From assembly GCA_016214565.1 (NCBI GenBank), contig JACROE010000002.1, forward strand, positions 280,007-344,006: a DNA stretch of 64,000 nucleotides. Direction: 5' to 3'. Positions 1-11,700 of the stretch are shown piece by piece (the first letter of the stretch is position 1; each line of letters starts with the position of its first letter). A program made the position numbers and the translations under genes. A model generated the notes under the pieces. The model saw only the letters and a list, made by a program, of their open reading frames with translations. It had not been told where the DNA came from and searched no databases. Source of the stretch: Candidatus Kerfeldbacteria bacterium. GTDB lineage: Bacteria; Patescibacteriota; Patescibacteriia; UBA10025; JAHIVO01.

Positions 1-1004
1 AGGGCGTCATACATTTCAGGCACCGTCACCTCCATTATCTCATGCGGATTGAAATGTGACCGGCGTGCGATTTCATGATACATGAAACTGGCACCATAAT
101 CGCCGAGAAAAAATGCTTCAACACGGCGATTGCGGGTATAGGAATGCAGACGTGCTTGCGTAATCAGCTTGCGGAAATCAGCATCGGGCTTCACCCGTCC
201 GACTGCCCACCGATACTCATGCAGTGCTTTGCGAGGAGAGGCGTCGCGTATCAACTGATCTATACCTTTGGCGTCTTGCCAAGCGGAACGAATACGACTA
301 ACTATATCAGCAGACGTATACGGCTTACTCGTTGCAAGTCCTCGATTAATATACCCATAGCGCGTCACGTGTCGCTCAATGGCGCGTCGACCAGCTGCTG
401 ACAATGCTGACAGTCGCTCTCCGGACTGCTTGAGCTTTTGAGCTAATTTCATCAGCTCCCATTTCTCCTGCGCCACGTCAGTCATGGCCTTCGGATCGGT
501 AAAGATCAAAACAATCTTTCGAAAATCTGGATGGGTTGCTGGTACATATCGAATTAATTGACTTTCAATTGCATCCTCAAAAAATATATCAATTGGATAC
601 TGCGCATACCACGGACACATTAATTCCCGATAAAAGGTAAGCAGCCGGTCAAGCGTGCGCCGCAGATACTCCGTATTCTTGGTTTGCCAATTAATTTTTT
701 GAAGAACGTGGCCCCACCGATACAGTCGCTCAGATTTGCGGAGTTCGCGCTGGCAATAGCGCTCAATCCACCCATCGTTACGCCGCAGATGACCAATCAC
801 TTCTTTTTCGAATAGATCATATTCCTTTGCCGGCCAATACATCATATGATGCAGGTACACGCGATTCAGTAGATAATGCCTAAATCCTACGCGCCGGGCT
901 ATCTCCTTGGCAAAAGAAGAATTAATGGTGAAACGCAAAAAAATCGGCAACTTGCTAGACGGCTTAATCCTCCATGGACCAAATCGGGCAACAGCAGACG
1001 ACAT
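1..1004 (-). CDS. ORF running off the window start (3' end missing); resembles the N-terminal/helical part of CPR PEP-utilising-enzyme (rifampicin phosphotransferase-like) proteins
   Basis: Absent from the ORF track. Manual translation from ATG 1004 (MSSAVARFGPW...) is open to position 1 (>=334 aa). IERHVTRYGYI and MYHEIARRSHFNPHEIMEVTVPEMYDAL resemble segments preceding a PEP-utiliser mobile domain, which would lie outside the window. Confidence 0.55.
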   Translation of the reverse strand, partial: MSSAVARFGPWRIKPSSKLPIFLRFTINSSFAKEIARRVGFRHYLLNRVYLHHMMYWPAKEYDLFEKEVIGHLRRNDGWIERYCQRELRKSERLYRWGHVLQKINWQTKNTEYLRRTLDRLLTFYRELMCPWYAQYPIDIFFEDAIESQLIRYVPATHPDFRKIVLIFTDPKAMTDVAQEKWELMKLAQKLKQSGERLSALSAAGRRAIERHVTRYGYINRGLATSKPYTSADIVSRIRSAWQDAKGIDQLIRDASPRKALHEYRWAVGRVKPDADFRKLITQARLHSYTRNRRVEAFFLGDYGASFMYHEIARRSHFNPHEIMEVTVPEMYDA

Positions 1005-1147
1005 AATATTACATTAATAATGAGATGCTCCTCATTTCAATTATACAATCATGGTATCAAATTCTCCCTTATTTTTCAATAAAAAAAGAAGGCACATGAG
1101 CGCCCTCCAGACACGCGGTCTCGCACCGCTAATACCTCACATGAGTG

Positions 1148-2419
1148 CTATTTCTCCGGTATCAGCTTTCCCCCTTCGAGACGAAACGTAGACCACATAA
1201 AGGTTCCGGTCTCCTGATTACCATAGGCAATCGGCTCGTAATCATGGCCGAGTAATTTGCCCAATTCTACCCCCACCAATGCGGAAGCGTTTTCTGACAA
1301 GCCTATCTTTTCTTTGAGGAGATATTGCAAAAATTCTGAAACTAACGGAATATTGACTGCCCCAGCCCGGATACTTGCCACCCAACGCGCTCGATCCTTA
1401 TGAGCAGATGCGCCTCGATATTTTGTGTCGACATACTCTGCCACTGCCTGCAACCAGGCGGGACTAGACTGGAGCGCTGGCACCAGCGCCCCCTCCCGTG
1501 CCAGCAATTTCAATGCAGCAACCAAGGTATTTGTGTCACGCTCGCGTGAAGCAGCGGAGAGTATGCGTTTAATTTTTTGCACATCCCCTTGAGTAGTGGC
1601 CATCAGCCGATCCTCTATCTCCAATACGGGCGCTCGTGATTCCCAATATCGCGCATACAAATTCTTAAGCATTGATAATGTTTCTACGTTGGTGTTAATC
1701 CCTGGCTTTTTGGCAGGAGATTTAATCAGCTCACTTTCTGCGTCCTCGAGTGCATAGTGCTCAAGTAATGGCGTAAAGAGAACATCGAGTAAGCCAGTGA
1801 GAAACACCGATTGAACTCGAGCAAAGAGCATGAGTAAACGTCGCACCATATCTTTGAGGTTGGGCGCGTGACTCAATACAGTTTGAGATTCAAGGAATTG
1901 GATAATCTCCAGAGTGCTAATGGCTTTCGTCGAACTATGAGTGCCGAGCAGCTTCTTAATCCACTCAGCGACGGTCAATACCGATTCGCCTACCTTCGTC
2001 TCATGAGTCCGCACTTCCTCAGTATTATGCGATATCGTCTCAACAATCTTTCTGACCAGAACACTATCCAGCTCGACATCGCGATACAACCGTAACCGCC
2101 GACCAATCAATTCTTCAATGATAACGCCTCTCCGTAAAGCGAGTAATAAATGTTTTTCAAGCAAACGCAATGCAGGCGCTTCATCAAGGAGGGGGAAAGC
2201 AAGATACATCAGTACGATAAAATCATCGCCAATAGCTTCTTTTACCTCTTCGGCACGAGCTAAGGCTGGGTTGCTGAGCGTCCGATCCAAGGCCAAGTAT
2301 AAATCATGGGCATCACCAACCAAATAATTATGCTGAAACTCGTCGACTGCCGCGCGTAATCGCCGTCTGAAATCAGTCTGTTGAATTGAACTTACTGATA
2401 TATCGTTCGGTTCAAGCAT
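1148..2419 (-). CDS. Hypothetical, mostly helical protein (423 aa); last gene of the surface locus
   Basis: Long ORF 2 nt downstream of the 1116-aa gene; no recognisable motif. Confidence 0.75.
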   Translation of the reverse strand: MLEPNDISVSSIQQTDFRRRLRAAVDEFQHNYLVGDAHDLYLALDRTLSNPALARAEEVKEAIGDDFIVLMYLAFPLLDEAPALRLLEKHLLLALRRGVIIEELIGRRLRLYRDVELDSVLVRKIVETISHNTEEVRTHETKVGESVLTVAEWIKKLLGTHSSTKAISTLEIIQFLESQTVLSHAPNLKDMVRRLLMLFARVQSVFLTGLLDVLFTPLLEHYALEDAESELIKSPAKKPGINTNVETLSMLKNLYARYWESRAPVLEIEDRLMATTQGDVQKIKRILSAASRERDTNTLVAALKLLAREGALVPALQSSPAWLQAVAEYVDTKYRGASAHKDRARWVASIRAGAVNIPLVSEFLQYLLKEKIGLSENASALVGVELGKLLGHDYEPIAYGNQETGTFMWSTFRLEGGKLIPEK

Positions 2420-2421
2420 AC

Positions 2422-5400
2422 TTAGGATTCAGATGATGTAGTTTCCTCGTCGTCTTCATCTTCTGTTTCTTGTTCAGTCGCATCCCCTGCCTTCTCTTTT
2501 TGACCAGGACGCTGCAATTTTCTTAGCAAATCTCTCATTTCGCGCCAAATCTTCAATTGTTCACCTTGGGGCGCTTGGCGGAATGCTTGGAAATCATTTT
2601 GGCTTAACCCATCAAGTTTATTCCGCAGCGGGTCAATCATTTCATTTTGCATGCGCTTGGCAGTGGCACCAAATTTCTCCGTACCCATATCCCCAAGCGT
2701 CTTGGAAATATTCTCAAGCGCTTCTTGGGCTTTATCCAATGCTGCCACCATCTGATCCTGTGACACCACACTCTGATCCATGCGGGAAACCATAGCGTTC
2801 AAGGCTTGCATTGGAGACATAGCTGCTTGAACTTCAGGATTATCATACGCCTCATCCGGTAATGCGAGATCCTCTGTAGGTACATCAGCCACTAGTTGAT
2901 CACGTCCTTCTGCTGATGAACCGCTCGTGCCAGGGCCGCCGGGTACAACTTCCACCTTGGGTTGCGGGGCGCTCGGTTTGGCTTTAGATTTTTTCTTAGA
3001 CTTAGATGTTTCTTCGCCAGTATCGCTCGTATCTTCACCTTCTTCATTGTCAGCGCCTGCATCAGTCTCGTCATCTCCACCATCTTCTTTTTTGCCTTTA
3101 TCATCTTTTGCTTTCTTATCTTCTGACTTTTCAGTGGTAAATGCTTTAGCAATTGATTTTTCACTATCACCTAGCTTGCCAACTTCTTTACCATCGAGAT
3201 AGAAATCAGCAACAGCTTTTAGTTGCTCGGCGAGTTTTTGCTTTTCTTCATCAGAAACGTCTTTCCCGCTGATTACTCCAGTAGCTTTATCAACTTGTAG
3301 GTCAGCGTTAGGATTCTTATCTTTTGCTTTTTTCTGAGCATTTTCAATAATTAAATCAAAAATATTCTGCACGTTACCCTTTACCTCACCAGTTTCATAA
3401 TCTATTTCCTGGAACTTCACCAATCCATCACCGCCCATTTTCTTCCAGAATCCTGCTGGCGCTTGATACCACTCATCAATCATATGGAACATACGCTCTT
3501 TATCAACCTTATCCCCCAGCATCGCGCCTGTTTCTTTGTCAATTTCTTCATCAGTACCGCCCATCATGGCGCTGGCAGTACGAACCTGGGAGTGCTCATT
3601 GATCTTATTGGCTGGCTGAGAGCGGAACGTGGCGAGAAACGCCGCTTCATTAAAGCTATCCATCTCGCCCCCTGTCATCCGACGTATATTGGCGTTTGGA
3701 TCCTTCACTAGCTCGCCAGTCTTTTCATCTTTCAAAACCTTGCCATCTTTATCCCTCATGAATTCATCAACCACAAAACGGCCATTCTTTTTAACAAAAT
3801 TACCCTTATCGTCCTTTAAGAATTTCTTAACTTCGCGTAAATTAGTAAATGTATGCGGTGATGCGCCAAGCTGAGCACGGCCCGTACCCTTCTTGTATTC
3901 ACTCATGGCTTTGCTGACATCATCTTTGGCCAGCCATTTATAATGACCAGTCTTGGCATCGTAGGTATTATGCCCTCCATATTCCTCGTGCTTGACCTTC
4001 TTACCAATTTCCTCTAATTCATACACCAAACGATGTCCTTGCTCATCGTGTCCATCCGGACCACCGAGAGCATTACGTAAAAATAGATTGAGCTTTTCAC
4101 GCCCGTAAAACCCCTTCTCATCTGCAAATCCCACCTTTTCAACGCCGTTTTCATCCTTCCACTTCGCGTGCTTTTGAAAATATTCATCCTGCATGATGTC
4201 ATCTAAATGCCCTCCTTCAGCTGCAATCCGAATCAATGAGCGCATACGGCGCTGATATTCCGATTTCTTCGGATCCTTTTGCAAACCCTCATACAGTAGT
4301 CGAGCTGACTCCGCCTTTTCTTCTTTATTCATGCCGTGATAATCTTTGGCAAATTGGGACTCCAGCGCCGCCTCAGCCCGGTCTATGTGCGGAATCTTTA
4401 CTTTGCCGCCAGTTGAAACGCGTTCCCAAAACTGACGACCTTTTGCCTGAGCGACCGTACGAGTCATTCGATCAAGTTCTTCACCACGCTCTCGAGCACC
4501 TTTCACGATGTTCCACGGCTGCATCACCGCCGGCGCTCGATCCTCATACCAGCGCCGTACGCGTCGACCCTGGCTGGTAGCAAGCGCTTTTGCCCCGTCG
4601 CCCGCCCATTTAGCCGGAGCGGCAGCAATGCGCAATGACGACGAACCCGCTTTCTTCAATTTATCGCTAAACTGTCCGGCAATCCGACCAGCGGTTCCAC
4701 CCAAACTTGAGGCAACTGCCAATGAAATACCCAACATAGATATGCCCAGAATAAACCCGAGCATATTCTGAGAATTTGAAACATCCGAGATGGTGGCGGT
4801 CACAGTTGAAGTCGAATCAATAACATTGCTTTCCCCAATCTGAGTCGAACCAATAAGGTTTGGATGAGCCGTCATCACCGCTAGGGACAACCACAAGAAA
4901 AAGGCAAGTATTGGTCCGGTCGTCACCCATTTGCCAAACGTGCTCCACCACTGACTACTGTATTTGGACGTCATGGGGAACGATGCTGCTAAATAGGCAA
5001 GCGGCGATAAGACAACGAGTACCCATAGCGCAATCAATCGAATCAGTAACATAACTAATATGACCACCATGACCATCAGTGCCACAATCAGCAAAATAAC
5101 CGCGAGGGCTGGCGCCGCCACCATTTCAAATGGTGTAACACTTGAAAGATTTGGGTTATTACCCAAAAAATTCAACATATCCCGCAGTTTCAAGACCGAG
5201 GTAAAATTAGCCGCGGCAGTATCGGCAAATGCATTGACGAATGTCAGCATCACCACCTGACCAAAATCAATAAAGAAACCAGCGATCAATTTCGAAAAAT
5301 TAATCAGCACGGCCATGATGACGAGTTTCGGCAATAATCGCTGATAGCGATATGACTCAATTTTCAAAATAGTACCAAAAGCAATAACGAGCAGCACTAA

Positions 5401-5772
5401 CACAAAAAACATGTTCGACACGTCTCGCACGACAGTCCAGCCTTGTTCAATTACCGGCGATGTCGAAAAATCATTATATTGAGCGATGTCAACAATAATG
5501 TCGATAATCACAATCAGTAATTTCCCGAGCAGTGACGCGACCCACAATAATACATTAGCAAATGCAGACGCTAACGCACTGGTAACGATACCGCCAATGG
5601 TTGTATTAGTTGGCTCTTTTGTCTGCGCGATGGCCTGCCAACCAATGCCAAAAGTTCCGGCAACCACAAATACCAAAACCGCCGCGATGGCCAAGGTAAT
5701 TTTCAGCCGCGGACGGGTAGATATATAGCTCATGATGGTATGCACGAATTGGCGCATACGAATATTATTCAA
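2422..5772 (-). CDS. VirB6/TrbL-like polytopic membrane protein with long charged C-terminal tail (1116 aa)
   Basis: GWTVVRDVSNMFFVLVLLVIAF...LLPKLVIMAVLINFS...LLIRLIALWVLVVLSPLAYLA...WWSTF pattern of CPR VirB6-like proteins; several hydrophobic helices, then ~750 aa K/D/E-rich tail. Confidence 0.7.
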   Translation of the reverse strand: MNNIRMRQFVHTIMSYISTRPRLKITLAIAAVLVFVVAGTFGIGWQAIAQTKEPTNTTIGGIVTSALASAFANVLLWVASLLGKLLIVIIDIIVDIAQYNDFSTSPVIEQGWTVVRDVSNMFFVLVLLVIAFGTILKIESYRYQRLLPKLVIMAVLINFSKLIAGFFIDFGQVVMLTFVNAFADTAAANFTSVLKLRDMLNFLGNNPNLSSVTPFEMVAAPALAVILLIVALMVMVVILVMLLIRLIALWVLVVLSPLAYLAASFPMTSKYSSQWWSTFGKWVTTGPILAFFLWLSLAVMTAHPNLIGSTQIGESNVIDSTSTVTATISDVSNSQNMLGFILGISMLGISLAVASSLGGTAGRIAGQFSDKLKKAGSSSLRIAAAPAKWAGDGAKALATSQGRRVRRWYEDRAPAVMQPWNIVKGARERGEELDRMTRTVAQAKGRQFWERVSTGGKVKIPHIDRAEAALESQFAKDYHGMNKEEKAESARLLYEGLQKDPKKSEYQRRMRSLIRIAAEGGHLDDIMQDEYFQKHAKWKDENGVEKVGFADEKGFYGREKLNLFLRNALGGPDGHDEQGHRLVYELEEIGKKVKHEEYGGHNTYDAKTGHYKWLAKDDVSKAMSEYKKGTGRAQLGASPHTFTNLREVKKFLKDDKGNFVKKNGRFVVDEFMRDKDGKVLKDEKTGELVKDPNANIRRMTGGEMDSFNEAAFLATFRSQPANKINEHSQVRTASAMMGGTDEEIDKETGAMLGDKVDKERMFHMIDEWYQAPAGFWKKMGGDGLVKFQEIDYETGEVKGNVQNIFDLIIENAQKKAKDKNPNADLQVDKATGVISGKDVSDEEKQKLAEQLKAVADFYLDGKEVGKLGDSEKSIAKAFTTEKSEDKKAKDDKGKKEDGGDDETDAGADNEEGEDTSDTGEETSKSKKKSKAKPSAPQPKVEVVPGGPGTSGSSAEGRDQLVADVPTEDLALPDEAYDNPEVQAAMSPMQALNAMVSRMDQSVVSQDQMVAALDKAQEALENISKTLGDMGTEKFGATAKRMQNEMIDPLRNKLDGLSQNDFQAFRQAPQGEQLKIWREMRDLLRKLQRPGQKEKAGDATEQETEDEDDEETTSSES

Positions 5773-5792
5773 ACAAAATCATTTCAGTCTTC

Positions 5793-8700
5793 TTAGGGAT
5801 TCACGTTGGCAGTCACGCCGGTAGCAAACCAGCCCTGGTTGGCACATGGCGAGCCATCGACCTGATAGCGGCAATCACCGCTTGGACAGCTCGAACCGGT
5901 GCCCTTGAGCACGCCGCACCAGTCCCAATTATCAATCACCCTGATACGGATCGGATAGGCTCCGCCAGTGGTATATTCATGCGTGACAAACACCGTGCCA
6001 GAATCATAGGTTCCCACTGAGGAATAATCAGCATTACCGTCATTGTCGAAGTCTACTTCAATCAATTTAACCGGCTTCTGATTCGGATCGGCATTGACAT
6101 TGAAGGTCAGCTGAACCAATTGTCCGACACTGACATTCTGACAGCCGCTGGTTGATGGCTGTCCGCCCGCACCACACAAGACGGTATCAATCACTGGAGG
6201 CACGCCACAATAATCATTGGGATACAACGGACGCTCAGCGGCACCCTTAGGCGCACTATACGGACAGACGGACATATTCGCATATTGGCCAATCCAGGTC
6301 GCCGGCAAATTTGTTGCACCAACTAAATTGGTCGTATCTTCGACATACCCAGCCGTTGCGTTATCCCAGCGCCAGGCCAGGAAAGGCCGCGCAAATAACC
6401 GTCGGAGTCGATCATTACCCTGGGGAATAGTAGTGATAGGAGAAGCACCACCACCGCCCAAGAGGCACGGACCAAAATCATTAACTCCCGAAAGACAATC
6501 TGAATTAACCCGACAATATATTTCTGCATTATTTGAGCAGAACCCTTCACCCAACCCGAGACAATATCCATCATCTGACGAATCATCCGGATCGGGTCCC
6601 TCGAGACAGGCTCGCTGCAGCGATTGGGTCGAACAGTCATTATCTAAATTCCAGCTGCACATACGGCCAGCACAGCCACCACTGGGACAGCTATAGGATG
6701 ACCCTCCATGTGCCAGCGTGTCATCAGATTTATTTTCAATATAAATTGGTCCGCTGCCTACCCCATTATCCCAGCGCCAGGCAGAGGGTGTCGAAATCGC
6801 CGGACTCGGCTGAATGATGCCTCCATACGGAGTCGTGTGCTGATGATAGCGATACAGTAAATCAGGTAATAGATAGGGTGAATTCGTGTTCGTGCGCTCA
6901 AACCACGCTTTGTCATCATCCCAGGTTACCACTGAGGCAATCGACGTACACATTTCATTAAGTCTAAATATTCCCTGCACCCAAGCACCACCGCCGTTAT
7001 TGCCATCGGTCATGGTTACCGTATATGACTGCAATCGATTATTTGCTGCCCAATTTACCCGTACCCGAATGCTGTTACCCGAGCACGACCAAGTGGCATC
7101 CCAATTATTTCTAGCATTGAGAATAAAGATTGACCGACCTTCATCGGTAGCCGTAGTATTGCAATCCCAATCCGTATGTGCCCATCGTTGCATAACAAAA
7201 TTTATATCCCGGACTTCCCATTTATAATACTGATCCCCCACTGCGGCATTGTAGGTCGAATTAATGGCATTGCACGTCCCTCCATCACCTGCATCGCACG
7301 CGCCACAAACTCCCGTTTTAAATTGACAATTTGATGCAGGCACCGTTCCGGCCATATTACCCGCCTCATCACACTCACCCGTACCAGACTGATTAACGAT
7401 AATGGTCGACATGGGGCCGCGGTACCGATAGCTCAGATTGAGTAAGGGGGAGATGGGGAAAGAAATGCCACAATTACCCCGGGTAGTGCCCGCACTATCT
7501 GAATTTACCGTTGCCCCGGAAAAGGTTGTCTGATTTGCTCCGCGAATATCTTTTGGAGTCGAATAATTCCCTTCCGCACCCAGACACATATAGAGTGGGC
7601 GACGGCCGGAGTAGCCAGTAATTTTCAGTGAGCTAAATGCGCTTGAATCACCTTTCAATAAATCAACCGGCCACCAATTAAGGCAATATTTCGGATAGCG
7701 AGGATCATGTTCTAGACAATAACCTTCCCAGCCTTTATGGGTTGTGTTATTTTCGTCAGTGTAGGTACAATAGGGCGAATCGACTCCAGGGAATAAACGA
7801 CAATCTCGCGATAACAACCCCTGGTCGCTTTCTTTCGTTTGCAAAACTGGCTTCATAGAAACATCGTCCAGATAGAACTCAACGGAGGGAACCGTATCCC
7901 CACTTTGGAAATTGTGGACGATTTCCAAGCGAATACTATCAAAATCAACCGGTGCGCCACTATTGGTGTCTCCGATGCGAATTGGACCATACACATATTC
8001 TTTCCAATTCACCGTCGGCGCAAAGTCGCCAACTGTTTTATAATCAAGCTCATTTCCATTTGCATTGACATAGGCAAATTGTACGCGCACAGTATCATAG
8101 GCTGATGCAGGCACACCCCAGCGCAATCTGAAGGAAACGTAATACTCTTCTGATCGCTGAGCTGACTTATGCAGGTCATAATATATACCATTCCAGTTGG
8201 CAGTGCCGGCGCCAACATTACCGCTGGTTTTGACGCGAGCAACGTTGTTTTCATCTAAATTCCCGCTGGTGGATGGGATAGTGCCATTATTAATATCTTC
8301 CTCAGCCCAGGTAACGACCGCCGTGCCTCCCTGCAGATTGCGTGGCTGCCACGCCGTATCAAGGTTAACCAAGGCAATCTCAGTAGCATTAAATAATCCA
8401 GGCGTTTCTACGCAGGTATCGCTTGAGGCGCTCAGCGGGCATGATAATTTTTGATTGAGCGCGTAATCACGATCACCGAAATCCCCATCTTCAATAATTT
8501 CTCCATTAATACTGATAGAACCAACCTCTTCCATAGCCGCAACGGGCAAGCTTCCCTCATATATCTGCGGATCGTCGCAGGTGCCACTGCCGCACTGCGC
8601 GTCAGAGGTGCAGGTGATGGATGGATTATTAGTGCAGCGACGGTCCCAGTCCAGCCCTGCCATCACCAGCCCAGTGTAATTCTGAATCTTGCTCACGAAA

Positions 8701-11700
8701 GCGGGTGAATCGTACGTCTGATTCACACTTTCAAATTCGCCGACTTTGGTGCACTGCCCAGTCTCCGGATCCAATTCCTCACAGACGTATCGCGACAAAC
8801 ATAATTCCTCGACATTCCCCTCAGCGTCTTCCTGCCGGACTGACGTTTCACACTCAAGCCAGCGTTTGCACTCACGATCTCGAATAACCTTAATCACCGC
8901 GTTTGAATCGCACTCATTAGGATCAGCGCAGAGCGCGGGCGTTTCGCCATCAACTGAAAGAGTCGAAACATACGGCAATTCGGAATTCGACGTATCATTG
9001 AAGAGGCGACAGCCTTCCTCTCGATCCACCAGACCATTGCAACTCGCTTGATCAACAGTTTCATCAATATAATAGTACGGTACATAGTCAAAGACATCGG
9101 CCACTTCAACGATTGAAAAACTGTCAATCAAAATATCGCAGGTATTCGGGGAAGGCGAGAAACTGCCGGCTGGTACGCTCCGACGAATCACCATGGAGAA
9201 ATTATTCTGTAGTTCTTCGACAGAGCCGGACGTATTATACCAGTCGTCGGGGTCAACTGAACCAAAGGTAACGACATTTTCAAACGTGGTCCACGAATTC
9301 GTCGCATTAAAATTACTGTACGGTCGATAATCAGTTCGACCATTTGGCCAAGCGCGATTATCAATCGTTCGCACCAACCCAAATCCGATATCGGTGTTTC
9401 CGCTGTTTGACGGATCGCAGGTGGCATCATTTGGGTCAAGCCGCGCCTGGAACGACACTTTGAACGCACGATTATCAGTAATGCTATCAGTATTCACCCC
9501 ATACCAGATATAGCGCGCCTGGTCGCCGAGACAATAATCACTAGCGCCACAATCAGCGTCACTGGTACATGTCGTGGCACTATTAATCGCGCAATGGTAT
9601 GTGATTGAACTATTAACGCTCTTGCCGCAGGCATCATACGTCTTTACGCGCGCCGCCACATTGCCGGTATTCGATTGGGAATCAGCGTGCATGCGCAAAC
9701 CGCAGGCCACCCGCTGAGACGTGTCACACACCCCTGCGCCATGAGCACTACAGTTCACATTAGTATTACAGGTTCGATTGGCATCACCGGTACAGCGTCC
9801 TGCTGACGTCTGTGAGCTCGCCCACGGAGTGAACACATCCGGCAACGCGGTATCAATAACACCATCAGTGGCGATACTTGCATTAGCCGTAGTCGTAAAC
9901 GTTTCAAATCCGCCGTTCTCTGAATAATTGCGCGATACAATTTCCCCGCCGGTCTGCACTTGCTCTGGATCACGATACTCGGTGCAGCCCGAGGCGCCCG
10001 ATGAACACGCGCCGACCCAGCCATCAACTGGCTGCGGTACAATGTTTTGATTGCGGTTGCAGAAATTGCTATCACAGTCGCTGGAGGCATTGCATATTTT
10101 CCCGTCATTCGCTCCGCCACCCGAACAAATACCAATAGACACGGGGCAATTTGGCGCGCCTTGGTCGGTGCCGAGCTTGTACCAGCCAGATATATCTTGG
10201 CCGGATACTCGCTTGAATTCACACAGTTTTTGTCCCGGATCTTTGAAATAATATTGAGAGCCATTTGCCGAGGTGAAGGCATCACACTGATTCTCTGCGA
10301 AAACGCACATTTCCTGACCAAAGCGATCAGGATCAACCACGAGATAGGTATCAGTAAATGCAGTCACGTTACCATCACCATCCAAGCCGGGTTTTCCAAG
10401 CTGAGTACAGCCAGCTTGATTTGCACCACATACCTTCTCCGGATCATCCACGATATATACCGTCTCATCTTCAGGCGTGGTTCCTTCCTCGAAATAATAC
10501 GGTTCAGCGGGTGAGGTGCCATTATTGATGTGATTCAGGAGCGCGACGGCATCGGCAATATTAATCGCTCCATCAATATTCACATCGCCGACTGCAGGTG
10601 AAACATTAAGGAAGTAATTATCCGCCCCACTAAAATGTTCGTTCATGAGCGTGACATCGTCAGCCGACAGCCGCCCGTCATAATTAACGTCGCCGCGTAA
10701 ATAACGCTCACGAGTAAATGTCGAACTGTATGGACTGGTGCTCTGCTGCGTCGCAATCATCGCCGTGCAGCCAACTTTATCTTCACCACAGAGACGACTA
10801 AATGATTTCAGGAAATGCTGGTTGCCATCGCGGTCGCTATATTCATCACAACCTTCATAACCAGAGCACTCTTTGTACGATCCTTTTACTTTATAAATAT
10901 TTTCCACCACCTCGCTGATGACAATATTATCAATATAGAAAGCATTATTGGAGAAGAGGACTAATTGCGCGTTGGCTGGATCCGCACCAACAGGAACAAA
11001 GACGGGACCGACGGTAAATCGGTTCCACAATTCACCCGCTGACGCTTGGCCAGTGAAGCTCAGTGACGGCGTGGTGTTGAGGGCAAATGAAACATTGGTT
11101 GTGCCAGCGATCGCCGATCGCGCCCAGAAGGTAATGGTGTACTGGTTACCCGCGGCAAACCCAAGTGTGTCGCCTGCATTATTAATCGCCGCACTATTTG
11201 ACACCAGCATGGAGTGGCCACCGGCGCTGGTCGCCTCAGTGGAAATGCTGGCATTGCCCGTCCAGGCGCCGATTGATCCATCTTCAAAATCCTTCACATA
11301 GAGATCACGTGAATTATCACCGGCATTACCCTTATAGGCGCGGCATCCGGCATAGGCAGCCTGACAGCTGATACCTTGGCCGGGTACCATATGATACACC
11401 ATATTCGGGCCGTCATTCGAATTGCGGAAATTCTTACAGTCCTCCGAGGCAAAGATAACGCGCGAGCGCAGCAAATAATACGTGACACCCGCCGTATCAT
11501 AGTACTCAGTACAATCAGGATTGACGCCAACCTGATCAGGACTACAGGTCGCCGGATTATAGAATTCTTCATCCGTTCCGTTACCATCACGATCAACCGA
11601 ACCACCATCGATACAGGTGGGCCAGGTAGAACCGAGCTGCGCCTGAATGATCGGATCTCCTTCCGCTCCCATATTAGTACAGGGGCCATCATTTTGATTA

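Noticed and set aside
75-401. 108-aa plus-strand ORF
   Set aside because: Lies antisense to the longer open frame 1004 to <1.
2422-5772. Integrative conjugative element
   Set aside because: No integrase, relaxase, VirB4 or att repeats in the window.
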